From contig OZ076409.1 of assembly GCA_964187785.1 (NCBI GenBank), positions 70,868,001 to 70,932,000 of the forward strand: a stretch of DNA of 64,000 bases, read 5' to 3'. Positions within the stretch are counted from its first letter, which is position 1; each line of letters starts with the position of its first letter. The position numbers were made by a program, and so were the translations under genes. This DNA is from Amphiscolops sp. MND2022 (Eukaryota). The notes below the pieces were generated by a model. That model saw nothing but the letters and a program-made list of their open reading frames with translations, searched no databases and was not told the origin of the DNA. This document shows positions 37,101-52,300 of the stretch, one piece after another.

Positions 37101-40100
37101 CCAGCCGGGGAACGTTAGGTAACTTATTGTAGTACTCAATGAGACGAGTTGGGGGATATAGTTTCAGTCACCCCCCGTTACCCCTTGGGACCGGAAATGA
37201 CCGTTATGTGGGTAAAATTGCAATTTTTATACTTTTTCAAGTGTATTTAGGTGCGGAAGGAGTGGTAATAGGTGCTTGGACACTATATGAGGTAAGGGAG
37301 GACGTGAGGCGAGCATTCGGAAATAACCGTTATGTTGACCCTAAAGTCCTCCTGGTACCGTAAACGACCGGAAATGGTCAAATTTTGTGTCTATTGGGTA
37401 CAAATGTTTAGTATTTTGTAGATAAAAGTATCTATTAGGTGTTTCGACGGTCTGCAATAGTGAACATAGTCATGAAACCTTGTGGGGGGTAACGGGGTAT
37501 ATAGCACCGGAAGTCCAAACCGTTGGACACAGGATAGGTTTTTGGTTTGAAAATGTCTTTCGGCGTACTTTTGTCGACTATTATGGACTATTATTAAAAA
37601 TTAAAGTTTTTCCATATAGTTTCAGAGACTCCGAAACCTCAACCAACATAACCGTTACATTTTGATAGCCTTTCAAGTTGGCCTGGTGTCAACTTGGAAG
37701 CGCTATCCTTCTGAAATCGTTAATCAAGAGTGTTTTTGGGTAGGTATATATTGCATTAGTACCAATTAGAGCTTCATCAACAGTGTATCAACGACAAAAA
37801 CTATGCCGTCATGATTCCATTATCAGAATCATAGTGAGCAAATTGTTGAAAAAAATGGTTTTTTCCATACAAAATGTGTCCGAAATGCCAGGAAACCTAT
37901 TTACCTAACAAATGGTATTAATTGGAATGTATGTAACAGATTTATAAAAGTTCAAATTGAATATTACATTTCATTATGGAAGCTGAAACGTCATATTTTA
38001 GTTTAATTAACGTCAACGCCACACACTTTACATCAACGCCCACCGTCTGTGGGCATGCCGAGGCATGCCCTTCGACGACGTATACCAAATACATACCTAA
38101 CGACGCCCGTACATCCCGGGCTAGGTGCGGGGGGGTAACCCCAACAAAATTTTTGGAGGATTCGGGTAGGGTCCTGAATCCGAGTTCAGTGCTGCCAGCT
38201 TTCGTTAAGAAAATTTGGATAGGATTCGGGATCTCGTGATCTAACCATAGGATTTTAAAGTTGGAGCGGCCCCCACCAGATTTTCCGAAAATTAGCGCCC
38301 CCCACCGGGTTCCAGCGTGATTGAAATATTCTGACGGGGTACACGGGCGACCGTTAGGGGGTCATTTTAGGGGTAAAATTCATATTGGGCCACATAACTT
38401 TTTTTCTGTTGATTTAAAACTTTGGGACCCTGCTAAAAGTTTCTTGACCGTGTTGCAAGGGCTCCGGAGGTCCAAACCAAATTTTTCTAGCTTGAAGCTA
38501 TCTCCAAGTACCCCCCCGCCCAAAACGTTATTTTTCCGGAAACGCAGGTTTTTGACCCGGAAGGAGTCGTCTGAGCGCGGGGTCGTTAGGTGATGTTTTG
38601 GGGACGGCCTTGAGACGAAGTGGGGGACATGTAGTTTGTCAACCTCAGTTTACCCCCCGGACAGGAAATGACCGTTATATGAGCGGGAAATTTGCCCCCC
38701 TCCACGTTTTACCGCTATTTCCGGTGTGAAGGAGTGGGAGTAGCGCGTCGGGTGTTATATAACAAAAGTAGGTTTAGACAAGGACCTATCGGAAACATGT
38801 AGTTTGGGACCCCCTGGACCAACCCGTTAGCGGGAAATGGGGCTTCCGGCCCGTTTTTTTACGGTTAAAAACGGAAAATGGGCATTGAGGGGTAAATATC
38901 TCGTGAACGCGTGGAACTACGGTGTCCTTCACTACTTCAAGGTTTCATACCCATGATATGGTGCCTTCAGGGGGGCAAACAGATTTCCGCTATCTATCAC
39001 CGTTACCGACTTGGCCCCCCAGCCTAACCGTTAAGTGACCGGAAATGTCATATTTTGAGCCCAAAGGGTCGGTCCCAGCCAGGGAACGTTAGGTAACTTA
39101 TTGTAGTACTCATTGAGACGAGTTGGGGGACATAGTTTCAGTCACCCCCCGTTACCCTTTGGGACCGGAAATGACCGTTATGTGAGTAAATTTGCCATTT
39201 TTGTCCTATTTGAAGGGCATTTAGACGCGGAAGGAGTGGTAACAGGTGCTTGGACACTATATGAGGTAAGGGAGGACGTGAGGCGAGCATTCGGACATAA
39301 CCGTTATGTTGACCCTAAAGTCCCCCTGGTACCGTAAACGACCGGAAATGGTCAAATTTTGTATTTTTAGGGTACAAATGTTTGGTATTTTATGGAATAA
39401 AGTACATGGAAGGTGTTTCAAAGGCATCCAGAAATGAACATAGTCATGAAACCTTGAGGGGGGTAACGGTATATAACACCGGAAGTCCAAGCCGTTGGAC
39501 ACAGTATAGGTTTTTGGGTTTTAAAATGCTTATGAACGTACATTTGTGGGTTGAATTGTTCTAATATTGACTATTTTCGATATTTTTTGACATTAAAGGT
39601 TTTTCCAATAGTTTCAGGGACCTCCAAAGCTTCAATCAACATAACCTTTACATTATGATAGCCTTTCAAGTTGGCCTGGTGTCAACTTGGAAGGGCTATC
39701 CTTCACAAATCGTATATCAAGTGTGTTTTTGAGTAGGTTTTTATCATTTTAGTATCAATTAGAGCTTAATCATTAGTTTGCCAACGACAAAAACCATGTC
39801 GTGATGATTCCGTTAGTAGAAGAATAGTTAACAACTTGTTGACAAAGTTGATTTTTTGCATTTAAAATGTTTCCTAAATGCCAGGAAAACGATTTACGTT
39901 ATAAATGGTACTGATTGACCCAAATAACAGTTAAATAAAGTTAAACATTATTTTTTCGTTTCATTATAGAAGCTGAAACCTCACGTTTTAACTTAATTAA
40001 CGTCAACGCCACATACTTTACATCAACGCCCACCGTCTGTGGGCATGCCGAGGCATGCCCTTCGACGACGTATACCAAAATCCAATATATCTACACCCGA

Positions 40101-43100
40101 TTGCGGTAGCAGCTAGGTGCGGGGGGGTAACCCCAACAAAGATATTGGAGGATTCGGGTAGGGTCCTGAATCCGATCTTAGTACCGCCAGCTATCAGTAG
40201 AAAATTTCCCTCAAAAACCGGGATCTCGGGAACTAACCGTAGGATTTGAAAGTTGGAGCGGCCCCCACCAGATTTTCCCGAATAGATCGCCCCCCACCGG
40301 GCTCCATACCCCGGAAAATTTTTTTTTGGCCACACGGGCGACAGTTAGGGGGTCATTTTAGGGGTAAAATTCATATTGGTCCATATAACTTTTTTTCTGT
40401 TGGTTTAAAAGTTTGGGAACCCTTCTAAAGGTTTTTCGACCATGTTGCAAGGGCTCCGGAGGTGCAAACCAAATTTTTCTATCTTGAAGCTATCTCCAAG
40501 TACCCCCCCGCTCAAACCGTTATTTTTCCGGAAACGCAGGTTTTTGACCCGGAAGGAGTCGTCTGAGCGCGGGGTCGTTAGGTGATGTTTTGGGGACGGC
40601 CTTGAGACAAAGTGGGGGACAAGTAGTTTGCCAACCTCAATTTACCCCCCGGACGGGAAATGACCGTTATATGAGCGTGAAAAATGCCCCCCTCCACGTT
40701 TTACCGCTATTTCCGGTGTGAAGGTGTGGGAGTAGCGCGTCGGGTGCCATATATCAAAAGTAGGTTTAGACAAGGATCTATCAAAAACATGTGGTTTGGG
40801 ACCCCCTGACCCAACCCGTTAGCGGGAAATGGGGCTTCCGCCTCCTTTTTTTTCGGTTAAAAACGGAAAATGGGCATTGAGGGGTAAATATCTCGTGAAC
40901 GCGTGGAGCTACGGTGTCCTTCACTACTACAAGGTTTCATACCCATGATATGGTGCCTTCAGGGGGGCAAACAGATTTCCGCTATCTATCACCGTTACGG
41001 ACTTGGCCCCCCAGCCTAACCGCTATGTGACCGGAAATGTCACTTTTTGAGCCCAAAGGGTCGGTCCCAGCCAGGGAACGTTAGATAACTTTTTGTAGTA
41101 CTCATTGAGACGAGTTGGGGGACATAGTTTCAGTCACCCCCCGTTACCCCTTGTGACCGGAAATGACCGTTATGTGGGTAAAATTGGGATTTTTGTACTT
41201 TTTGAAGGGCAATTAGGTGCGGAAGGAGTGGTAATAGGTGCTTGGACACTATATGATGGAATGGAGGACGTGAGGCGAACATTCAGACATAACCGTTATG
41301 TTGACCCTAAAGGCCCCCTGGTACCGTAAACGACCGGAAATGGTCAAATTTTGTGTCTATTGGGTACAAATGTTTGGTATTTTGTAAATAAAAGTATCTA
41401 TTAGGTGTTTCGACGGTCTGCAGTAGTGAACATAGTCATGAAACCTTGTGGGGGGTAACGGTATATAGCACCGGAAGTCCAAAACGTTAGAGACGGGATA
41501 GGTTTTTCCGTTTTAAAATGTCTTTCGGCGTACTTTTGTCAACTAATATGGAATATTTTTTAAAATTAAAGTTTTTCCATATAGTTTCAGAGACTCCCAA
41601 ACCTCAAACAACATAACCGTTACCTTATGATAGCCTTTCAAGTTGGCCTGGTGTCAACTTGGAAGGGCTATCCTTCAAAAATCGTTGATCAAGTGTGTTT
41701 TTGGGTATGTTTGAATCATTTTAGAATCAATTAGAGCTTCAAGAAATGTTTGCCAACGACAAAAACTATGTCGCGATGATTCCGTTATTAGAGTAATAGT
41801 TAACAAAATATTGATTAATTTGATTTTTTACATTTCAAAAGTGTCCTAAAAGCCAGAAAACCTCTTTACCAAACAAATGGTATTGATTGGATTGTATATA
41901 ACAGGTAATAAAAGTTCAAATTGATTATTACGTTTTATTATGTAAGCTGAAACGTCATATTATAGTTTAATTAACGTCAACGCCACATACTTTACACCAA
42001 CGCCCACCGTCTGTGGGCATGCCGAGGCATGCCCTTCGACGACGTATACCAAATACATTTCATATCTACACCCTAACCGCGGTAGCAGCTAGGTGCGGGG
42101 GGGTAACCCCTACAAAGATATTGGAGGATTCGGGTAGGGTCCTGAATCCGATCTTAGTACCGTCAGCTATCAGTAGAAAATTTCCCTCAAAAACCGGGAT
42201 CTCGGGAACTAACCGTAGGATTTGAAAGTTGGAGCGGCCCCCACCAGATTTTCCCAAATAGATCGCCCCCCACCGGGCTCCATACCCCGGAAAATTTTTT
42301 TTTGGCCACACGGGCGACTGTTAGGGGGTCATTTTAGGGGTAAAATTCATATTGGTCCATATAACTTTTTTTCTGTTGGTTTAAAAGTTTGGGAACCCTA
42401 CTAAAGGTTTTTCGACCATGTTGCAAGGGCTCCGGAGGTGCAAACCAAATTTTTCTATCTTGAAGCTATCTCCAAGTACCCCCCCGCTCAAACCGTTATT
42501 TTTCCGGAAACGCAGGTTTTTGACCCGGAAGGAGTCGTCTGAGCGCGGGGTCGTTAGGTGATGTTTTGGGGACGGCCTTGAGACGAAGTGGGGGACATGT
42601 AGTTTGCCAACCTCAGTTTACCCCCCGGACGGGAAATGACCGTTATATCAGCTGGAAAAATGCCCCCCTCCACGTTTTACCGCTATTTCCGGTGTGAAGG
42701 AGTGGGAGTAGCTCGTCGGGTGCCATATATCAAAAGTAGGTTCAGACAAGGACCTATCGGAAACATGTGGTTTGGGACCCCCTGACCCAACCCGTTAGCG
42801 GGAAATGGGGCTTCCGCCTCCTTTTTTTACGGTTAAAAACGGAAAATGGGCATTGAGGCATAAATATCTCGTGAACGCGTGGAGCTACGGTGTCCTTCAC
42901 TACTACAAGGTTTCATACCCATGATATGGTGCCTTCAGGGCGGCAAACAGATTTCCGCTATCTATCACCGTTACGGACTTGGCCCCCCAGCCTAACCGCT
43001 ATGTGACCGGAAATGTCACTTTTTGAGCCCAAAGGGTCGGTCCCAGCCAGGGAACGTTAGATAACTTATTGTAGTACTCATTGAGACGAGTTGGGGGACA

Positions 43101-46100
43101 TAGTTTCAGTCACCCCCGTTACCCCTTGGGACCGGAAATGACCGTTATGTGGGTAAAATTGGGATTTTTGTACTTTTTGAAGGGCAATTAGGTGCGGAAG
43201 GAGTGGTAATAGTTGCTTGGACACTATATGATGGAAGGGAGGACGTGAGGCGAACATTCGGACATAACCGTTATGTTGACCCTAAAGTCCCCCTGGTACC
43301 GTAAACGACCGGAAATGGTCAAATTTTGTGTCTATTGGGTACAAATGTTTGGTATTTTGTAAATAAAAGTATCTATTAGGTGTTTCGACGGTCTGCAGTA
43401 GTGAACATAGTCATGAAACCTTGTCGGGGGGTAACGGTATATAGCACCGGAAGTCCAAACCGTTAGAGACGGGATAGGTTTTTTCGTTTTAAAATGTCTT
43501 TCGGCGTACTTTGTCAACTAATATGGAATATTTTTTAAAATTAAAGTTTTTCCATATAGTTTCAGAGACTCCCAAACCTCAAACAACATAACCGTTACCT
43601 TATGATAGCCTTTCAAGTTGGCCTGGTGTCAACTTGGAAGGGCTATCCTTCAAAAATCGTTGATCAAGTGTGTTTTTGGGTATGTTTGAATCATTTTAGA
43701 ATCAATTAGAGCTTCAAGAAAAATTTGCCAACGACAAAAACTATGTCGTGATGATTCCGTTATTAGAGTAATAGTTAACAAAATGTTGATAAAGTTGATT
43801 TTGTACATTTCAAATGTGTCCTTTATGCCAGAAAACCTTTTTACCAAACTAATGATATTGATTGAATTGTATATAACAGGTAATAAAAGTTCAAATTGAA
43901 TATTACGTTTCATTTTGTAAGCTGAAACGTGATATTATAGTTTAATTAACGTCAACGCCACATACTTTACATCAACGCCCACCGTCTGTGGGCATGCCGA
44001 GGCATGCCCTTCGACGACGTATACCAAACACCCTCCATATCTACACCCACCCGCGGTAGCAGCTAGGTGCGGGGGGGTAACCCCAACAAATATATTGGAG
44101 GATTCGGGTAGGGTCCTGAATCCGATTTTAACTCTAATAGCTATCGATAGGAAATCTTGCAAAAATTTCGGGATCTCGTGATCTAACCATAGGATTTTAA
44201 AGTTGGAGCGGCCCCCACCAGATTTTCCGAAAATTAGCGCCCCCCACCGGGTTCCATACCCCGGAAAATTTTTTTCTGGCCACACGGGCGACCGTTAGGG
44301 GGTCATTTTAGGGGTAAAATTCATATTGGGCCACATAACTTTTTTACTGTTGGTTTAAAACTTTGGGACCCTGCTAAAAGTTTCTTGACCGTGTTGCAGG
44401 GGCCCCGGAGGTCCAAACCAATTTTTTCTATCTTGAAGCTATCTCCAAGTACCCCCCCGCTCAAACCGTTATTTTTCCGGAAACGCAGGTTTTTGACCCG
44501 GAAGGAGTCGTCTGAGCACGGGGTCGTTAGGTGATGTATTGGGGACGGCCTTGAGACGAAGTGGGGGACATGTAGTTTGCCAACCTCAGTTTACCCCCCG
44601 GACGGGAAATGACCGTTATATGAGCGGGAAAAATGCCCCCCTCCACGTTTTACCGCTATTTCCGGTGTGAAGGAGTGGGAGTAGCGCGTCGGGTGCCATA
44701 TATCAAAAGTAGGTTTAGACAAGGATCTATCGGAAACATGTGGTTTGGGACCCCCTGGACCAACCCGTTAGCAGGAAATGGGGCTTCCGGCCCGTTTTTT
44801 TACGGTTAAAAACGGAAAATGGTCATTGAGGGGTAAATATCTCGTGAACGCGTGGAGCAATCGTGTCCTTCACTACTACAAGGTTTCTTACCCATGATAT
44901 GGTGCCTTCAGGGGGGCAAACAGATTACCGCTATCTATCACCGTTACCGACTTGGCCCCCCAGCCTAACCGCTAAGTGACCGGAAATGTCATATTTTGAG
45001 CCCTAAGGGTCGGTCCCAGCCGGGGAACGTTAGGTAACTTATTGTAGTACTCAATGAGACGAGTTGGGGGATATAGTTTCAGTCACCCCCCGTTACCCCT
45101 TGTGACCGGAAATGACCGTTATGTGGGTAAATTTGCAATTTTTATACTCTTTGAAGTGCATTTATTTGCGGAAGGAGTGGTAATAGGTGCTTGGACACTA
45201 TATGAGGTAAGGGAGGACGTGAGGCGAGCATTCGAAAATAACCGTTATGTTGACCCCAAAGTCCCCCTGGTACCGGAAGTGACCGGAAATTGTCAAATTT
45301 TGTGTTTTTAGGGTACAAATGTTTGGTATTTTGTGGATAAAAGTACCTGGAAGGTGTTTTAAAAGCCTCCAGAAGTGAACATAGTCATGAAATTTTGTGG
45401 GGGGTAACGGTATATAGCACCGGAAGACAAAAACGTTGGAGACATGTTAGGTTTTTTGGTTTTAAAATGTCTTTCGGCGTACTTTTGTCCACTATTATGA
45501 ACTATTTTTGAAAATTAAAGTTTTTCCATATAGTTTCAGAGACTCCCAAACCTCAACCAACATAACCGTTACATTTTGATAGCCTTTCAAGTTGGCCTGG
45601 TGTCAACTTGGAAGGGCTATCCTTCAAAAATCGTCAATCAAGTGTGTTTTTGGGTATGTTTGTATCATTTTAGAATCAAATAGAGCTTCAAGAAAAGTTT
45701 GCCAACGACAAAAACTATGTTGTGATGATTCCGTTATTAGAATAATAGTTAGCAAATTGTTGAGAAAATTGATTTTTTCCATATAAAATGTGTCCTAATT
45801 GCCAGGAAACCTATTTAACTAACAAATGGTATTGATTGGAATGTATGTAACAGAGTTATAAAAGTTCAAATTGATTATTACGTTTCATTATGGAAGCTGA
45901 AACGTAATATTTTAGTTTAATTAACGTCAACGCCACACACTTTACATCAACGCCCACCGTCTGTGGGCATGCCGAGGCATGCCCTTCGACGACGTATGGC
46001 AAATCCCTTCTAACGACGCCCGTACATGCCGGGCTAGGTGCGGGGGGGTAACCCCAACAAAGATATTGGAGGATTCGGGTAGGGTCCTGAATCCGATCTT

Positions 46101-48033
46101 AGTACCGTCAGCTATCAGTAGAAAATTTCCCTCAAAAACCGGGATCTCGGGAACTAACCGTAGGATTTGAAAGTTGGAGCGGCCCCCACCAGATTTTCCC
46201 AAATAGATCGCCCCCCACCGGGCTCCATACCCCGGAAAATTTTTTTTTGGCCACACGGGCGACTGTTAGGGGGTCATTTTAGGGGTAAAATTCATATTGG
46301 TCCATATAACTTTTTTTCTGTTGGTTTAAAAGTTTGGGAACCCTACTAAAGGTTTTTCGACCATGTTGCAAGGGCTCCGGAGGTGCAAACCAAATTTTTC
46401 TATCTTGAAGCTATCTCCAAGTACCCCCCCGCTCAAACCGTTATTTTTCCGGAAACGCAGGTTTTTGACCCGGAAGGAGTCGTCTGAGCGCGGGGTCGTT
46501 AGGTGATGTTTTGGGGACGACCTTGAGATGAAGTGGGGGACATGTAGTTTGCCAACCTCAGTTTACCCCCCGGACGGGAAATGACCGTTATATGAGCGGC
46601 AAAAATGTCCCCCTCCACGTTTTACCGCTATTTCCGGTGTGAAGGAGTGGGAGTAGCGCGTCGGGTGCCATATATCAAAAGTAGGTTTAGACAAGGACCT
46701 ATCGGAAACATGTAGTTTGGGACCCCCTGGTCCAACCCGTTAGCGGGAAATGGGGCTTCCGGCCCGTTTTTTTACGGTTAAAAACGGAAAATGGGCATTG
46801 AGGGGTAAATATCTCGTGAACGCGTGGAGCTACGGTGTCCTTCACCACTACAAGGTTTCATACCCATGATATGGTGCCTTCAGGGGGGCAAACAGATTTC
46901 CGCTATCTATAACCGTTACGGACTTGGCCCCCCAGCCTAACCGCTATGTGACCGGAAATGTCACTTTTTGAGCCCAAAGGGTCGGTCCCAGCCAGGGAAC
47001 GTTAGATAACTTATTGTAGTACTCATTGAGACGAGTTGGGGGACATAGTTTCAGTCACCCCCGTTACCCCTTGGGACCGGAAATGACCGTTATGTGGGTA
47101 AAATTGGGATTTTTGTACTTTTTGAAGGGCAATTAGGTGCGGAAGGAGTGGTAATAGTTGCTTGGACACTATATGATGGAAGGGAGGACGTGAGGCGAAC
47201 ATTCGGACATAACCGTTATGTTGACCCTAAAGTCCCCCTGGTACCGTAAACGACCGGAAATGGTCAAATTTTGTGTCTATTGGGTACAAATGTTTGGTAT
47301 TTTGTAAATAAAAGTATCTATTAGGTGTTTCGACGGTCTGCAGTAGTGAACATAGTCATGAAACCTTGTCGGGGGGTAACGGTATATAGCACCGGAAGTC
47401 CAAACCGTTGGAGACAGGATAGGTATTTTGGTTTTAAATGCCTATAAGCGTACTTTTGTGGGTTGAATTGTTTCAATATCGACTAATTTGGAAATTTTTT
47501 TGACATTGAAGGTTTTTTCAATAGTTTCAGGGACCTCCAATGCTTCAATCAATATAACCGTTACCTTATGATAGCCTTTCAAGTTGGCCTGGTGTCAACT
47601 TGGAAGGGCTATCCTTCAAAAATCGTTGATCAAGTGTGTTTTTGGGTATGTTTGAATCATTTTAGAATCAATTAGAGCTTCAAGAAAAATTTGCCAACGA
47701 CAAAAACTATGTCGTGATGATTCCGTTATTAGAGTAATAGTTAACAAAATGTTGATAAAGTTGATTTTGTACATTTCAAATGTGTCCTTTATGCCAGAAA
47801 ACCTTTTTACCAAACTAATGATATTGATTGAATTGTATATAACAGGTAATAAAAGTTCAAATTGAATATTACGTTTCATTTTGTAAGCTGAAACGTGATA
47901 TTATAGTTTAATTAACGTCAACGCCACATACTTTACATCAACGCCCACCGTCTGTGGGCATGCCGAGGCATGCCCTTCGACGACGTATACCAAACACCCA
48001 CCATATCTACACCCTAACCGCGGTAGCAGCTAG
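34178..48033 (+). mobile_element. Family C units x7 (1975, 1972, 1992, 1976, 1974, 1971, 1996 bp)
   Basis: Junctions at 36152, 38124, 40116, 42092, 44066, 46037 and 48033; highly similar but mosaic copies. Confidence 0.7.
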
Positions 48034-49323
48034 GTGCCCGGATTTCTATTCATTAAAGTATGTTGCGCGTGTGGGTAGGGCCCCGTGGCGCGCTCTTGTG
48101 TCCCTGTTCTCATAACTGCAATTTCCGGCAGCATTCTGAGCGATTTTCTAAACTATCCATACGATTCGGCTGAAATTTGGCACATGTACCCCCCTCGGCA
48201 CGGTGAAGATGATTTCCTACTGACGTTTTTCCCGCAAAATTTTTTTTGTTGTCCAAAATAACGGTTTTTGGGGTAAAATTTCGAACTTTTTTTAAATTTC
48301 ATCCTATATCTCGCCACGGGTTTACGCTAGCGCTTCAAAACCCTGCTAAAGAAAGCTTGCAAACTGTCTCAGGAATGCGGTGTGAAATTTTCGGCTCAAT
48401 CGGACTTAAACTCAGGGAGATATAGCGTTTTTCCGGAGCGGGGGGGTTTCATTTTTCTAACGGTCCAGCTTATCTTTGCCATTTTTTCGAAAATGCACTC
48501 GCCTAAAGGCCTCCCCTGGCCGGTTTTATTCCCAGGAAAACCATTTGGCCCTAAATACGGAGTTTCAGCGTTCCAGCATTCCCGGGCGAAAAGTTGTGGG
48601 ACTTAGAAAAGTTCAAAAGTTTTCAAAAAATTTTTTTTCCGTTTTCCGCCCTCCCCCCCTAGGGGAAACGACCCCCCAACCAATAATTTGAGTGAATTCA
48701 TGTGGAAAGGCCATGTTTAGAGGAGAAAAATACCGTTTAGATCGTCTTTTTATCTTTATTCAACGTTGACTTATGACGTTTTGAAGGTGATGTTTGGAGG
48801 TGTGAAGCACGTGAAAAGTAAACGTTATGAGTATTTATCTGATCTGAAAGCCATTGAGATGCAACCTGTTTTGCTCAAAACGTAATTCATATCAGTTTGG
48901 TAGTCAATCAACACCCTTTGTTGTCATTTGACATCTTTTTTTGTTGATATAAGAAAAAATTTTGTGTATTTATTCATTTTTTTCTCATCAAATAACTTGA
49001 AACAGTTGAGTACATTCCATCCCCCCTTCACGGGGGAGATGAGAATGTACTCGCAAAAAGCCCCGAACTACGGCCCTTACCTTCCTGAGCTACGCAGTAT
49101 AAAGATTGCATATTGGTTTCGACATTTTGATAGAGTTATATCTTGGTAATCTGTCTGGGTATGCAGAAAAACCAGCACGTGCTTTTTTATACCAAGTTGC
49201 TCACAACGACATTTATTTTATATCAACGCCCCCATATTTATCAACGCCCCCCGTCCGTGGGCATGCCGAGGCATGCCCTTCGACGACGTATACCAAAATA
49301 TATTCGAACGCGGTAGCGGCTAG
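48034..49323 (+). mobile_element. Family B unit (1290 bp), isolated within the C run
   Basis: B body with a unique head variant (GTGCCCGGATTTC); CTAG|GTG at both ends. Confidence 0.7.
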
Positions 49324-52300
49324 GTGCGGGGGGGGTAACCCCAACAAAATTTTTGGAGGATTCGGGTAGGGTCCTGAATCCGAGTTCAGTGCTGCCAGCT
49401 TTCGTTAAGAAAATTTGGATAGGATTCGGGATCTCGTGATCTAACCATAGGATTTTAAAGTTGGAGCGGCCCCCACCAGATTTTCCGAAAATTAGCGCCC
49501 CCCACCGGGTTCCATACCCCGGAAAATTTTTTTCTGGCCACACGGGCGACCGTTAGGGGGTCATTTTAGGGGTAAAATTCATATTGGGCCACATAACTTT
49601 TTTTCTGTTGATTTAAAACTTTGGGACCCTGCTAAAAGTTTCTTGACCGTGTTGCAGGGGCCCCGGAGGTCCAAACCAAATTTTTCTAGCTTGAAGCTAT
49701 CTCCAAGTACCCCCCCGCCCAAAACGTTATTTTTCCGGAAACGCAGGTTTTTGACCCGGAAGGAGTCGTCGGAGCGCGGGGTCGTTAGGTGATGTATTGG
49801 GGACGGCCTTGAGACGAAGTGGGGGACATGCAGTTTGCCAACCCCAGTTTACCCCCCGGACGGGAAATGACCGTTATATGAGCGGGAAAATGCCCCCTTC
49901 CACGTTTTACCGCTATTTCCGGTGTGAAGGAGTGGGAGTAGCGCGTCGGGTGCCATATATCAAAAGTAGGTTTAGACAAGGATCTATCGGAAACATGTGG
50001 TTTGAGACCGCCTGGACTAACCCGTTAGCGGGAAATGGGGCTTCCGGCCCGTTTTTTGACGGTTAAAAACGGAAAATGGGCATTGAGGGGTAAATATCTC
50101 GTGAACGCGTGGAGCTACGGTGTCCATCACTACTACAAGGTTTCATACCCATGATATGGTGCCTTCAGGGGGGCAAACAGATTTCCGCTATCTATCACCG
50201 TTACTGACTTGGCCCCCCAGCCTAACCGCTATGTGACCGGAAATGTCACTTTTTGAGCCCAAAGGGTCGGTCCCAGCCAGGGAACGTTAGGTAACTTATT
50301 GTAGTACTCATTGAGATGAGTTGGGGGACATAGTTTCAGTCACCCCCCGTTACCCCTTAAGACCGGAAATGACCGTTATGTGGGTAAAATTGCAATTTTT
50401 ATACTTTTTCAAGTGTATTTAGGTGCGGAAGGAGTGGTAATAGGTGCTTTGACACTATATGATGTAATGGAGGTCGTGAGGAGAGCATTCGGAAATAACC
50501 GTTATGTTGACCCCAAAGTCCCCCTGGTACCGTTAACGACCGGAAATGGCCAAATTTTGTGTCTATTGGGTACAAATGTTTCGTATTTTATGGATAAAAG
50601 TACCTGGAAGGTGTTTTAAAGGCCTCCAGAAGTGAACATAGTCATGAAACCTTGTGGGGGGTAACGGTATATAGCACCGGAAGTCCAAACCGTTGGTCAC
50701 AGAATAGGTTTTTTGGTTTCAAAATGTCTTTAGGCATAGTTTTGTGGGTTGAATCGTCATAATATCAATTAACACGGACTTTTTTCGGAAATAAAAATTT
50801 TTCACATTAGTTTCAGGGACCTCCAATGCTTCAGTCAACATAACCGTTACATTTTGATAGCCTTTCAAGTTGACCTGGTGTCAACTTGGAAGGGCTATCC
50901 TTCTAAAATCGTTAATCAAGAGTGTTTTTGGGTAGGTATATGTTGCATTAGTACCAATTAGAGCTTCATCAACAGTTTGCCAACGGCAAAAACGATGTCG
51001 TGATAATTCCGTTATAAAAATATTAGTAAACAAATTGTTTTCAAAGTTGATTTTTTCCATTAAAAATGTGTCCTAATGCCACCAAATTGAATAAAATAAT
51101 AAATGGTATTGACTAAAACTAAATAACAATGAAAAAGAAGATCAACATTTTTATTAGGTCTCATTATGGAAGCTGAAACCTCACGTTTTAGTTTAATTAA
51201 CGTCAACGCCACATACTTTACATCAACGCCCACCGTCTGTGGGCATGCCGAGGCATGCCCTTCGACGACGTATACCAAACAACCTCCATATCTACACCCA
51301 CCCGCGGTAGCAGCTAGGTGCGGGGGGGTAACCCCAACAAAATTTTTGGAGGATTCGGGTAGGGTCCTGAATCCGAGTTCAGTGCTGCCAGCTTTCGTTA
51401 AGAAAATTTGGATAGGATTCGGGATCTCGTGATCTAACCATAGGATTTTAAAGTTGGAGCGGCCCCCACCAGATTTTCCGAAAATTAGCGCCCCCCACCG
51501 GGTTCCATACCCCGGAAAATTTTTTTCTGGCCACACGGGCGACCGTTAGGGGGTCATTTTAGGGGTAAAATTCATATTGGGCCACATAACTTTTTTTCTG
51601 TTGATTTAAAACTTTGGGACCCTGCTAAAAGTTTCTTGACCGTGTTGCAGGGGCCCCGGAGGTCCAAACCAAATTTTTCTATCTTGAAGCTATCTCCAAG
51701 TACCCCCCCGCCCAAAACGTTATTTTTCCGGAAACGCAGGTTTTTGACTCGGAAGGAGTCGTCGGAGCGCGGGGTCGTTAGGTGATGTATTGGGGACGGC
51801 CTTGAGACGAAGTGGGGGACATGCAGTTTGCCAACCCCAGTTTACCCCCCGGACGGGAAATGACCGTTATATGAGCGGGAAAAATGCCCCCCTCCACGTT
51901 TTACCGCTATTTCCGGTGTGAAGGAGTGGGAGTAGCGCGTCGGGTGCCATATATCAAAAGTAGGTTTAGACAAGGATCTATCGGAAACATGTGGTTTGGG
52001 ACCCCCTGGACCAACCCGTTAGCAGAAAATGGGGCTTCCGGCCCGTTTTTTACGGTTAAAAACGGAAAATGGGCATTGAGGGGTAAATATCTCGTGAACG
52101 CGTGGAGCTACGGTGTCCTTCACTACTACAAGGTTTCATACCCATGATATGGTGCCTTCAGGGGGGCAAACAGATTTCCGCTATCTATCACCGTTACGGA
52201 CTTGGCCCCCCAGCCTAACCGTTAAGTGACCGGAAATGTCATATTTTGAGCCCAAAGGGTCGGTCCCAGCCAGGGAACGTTAGGTAACTTATTGTAGTAC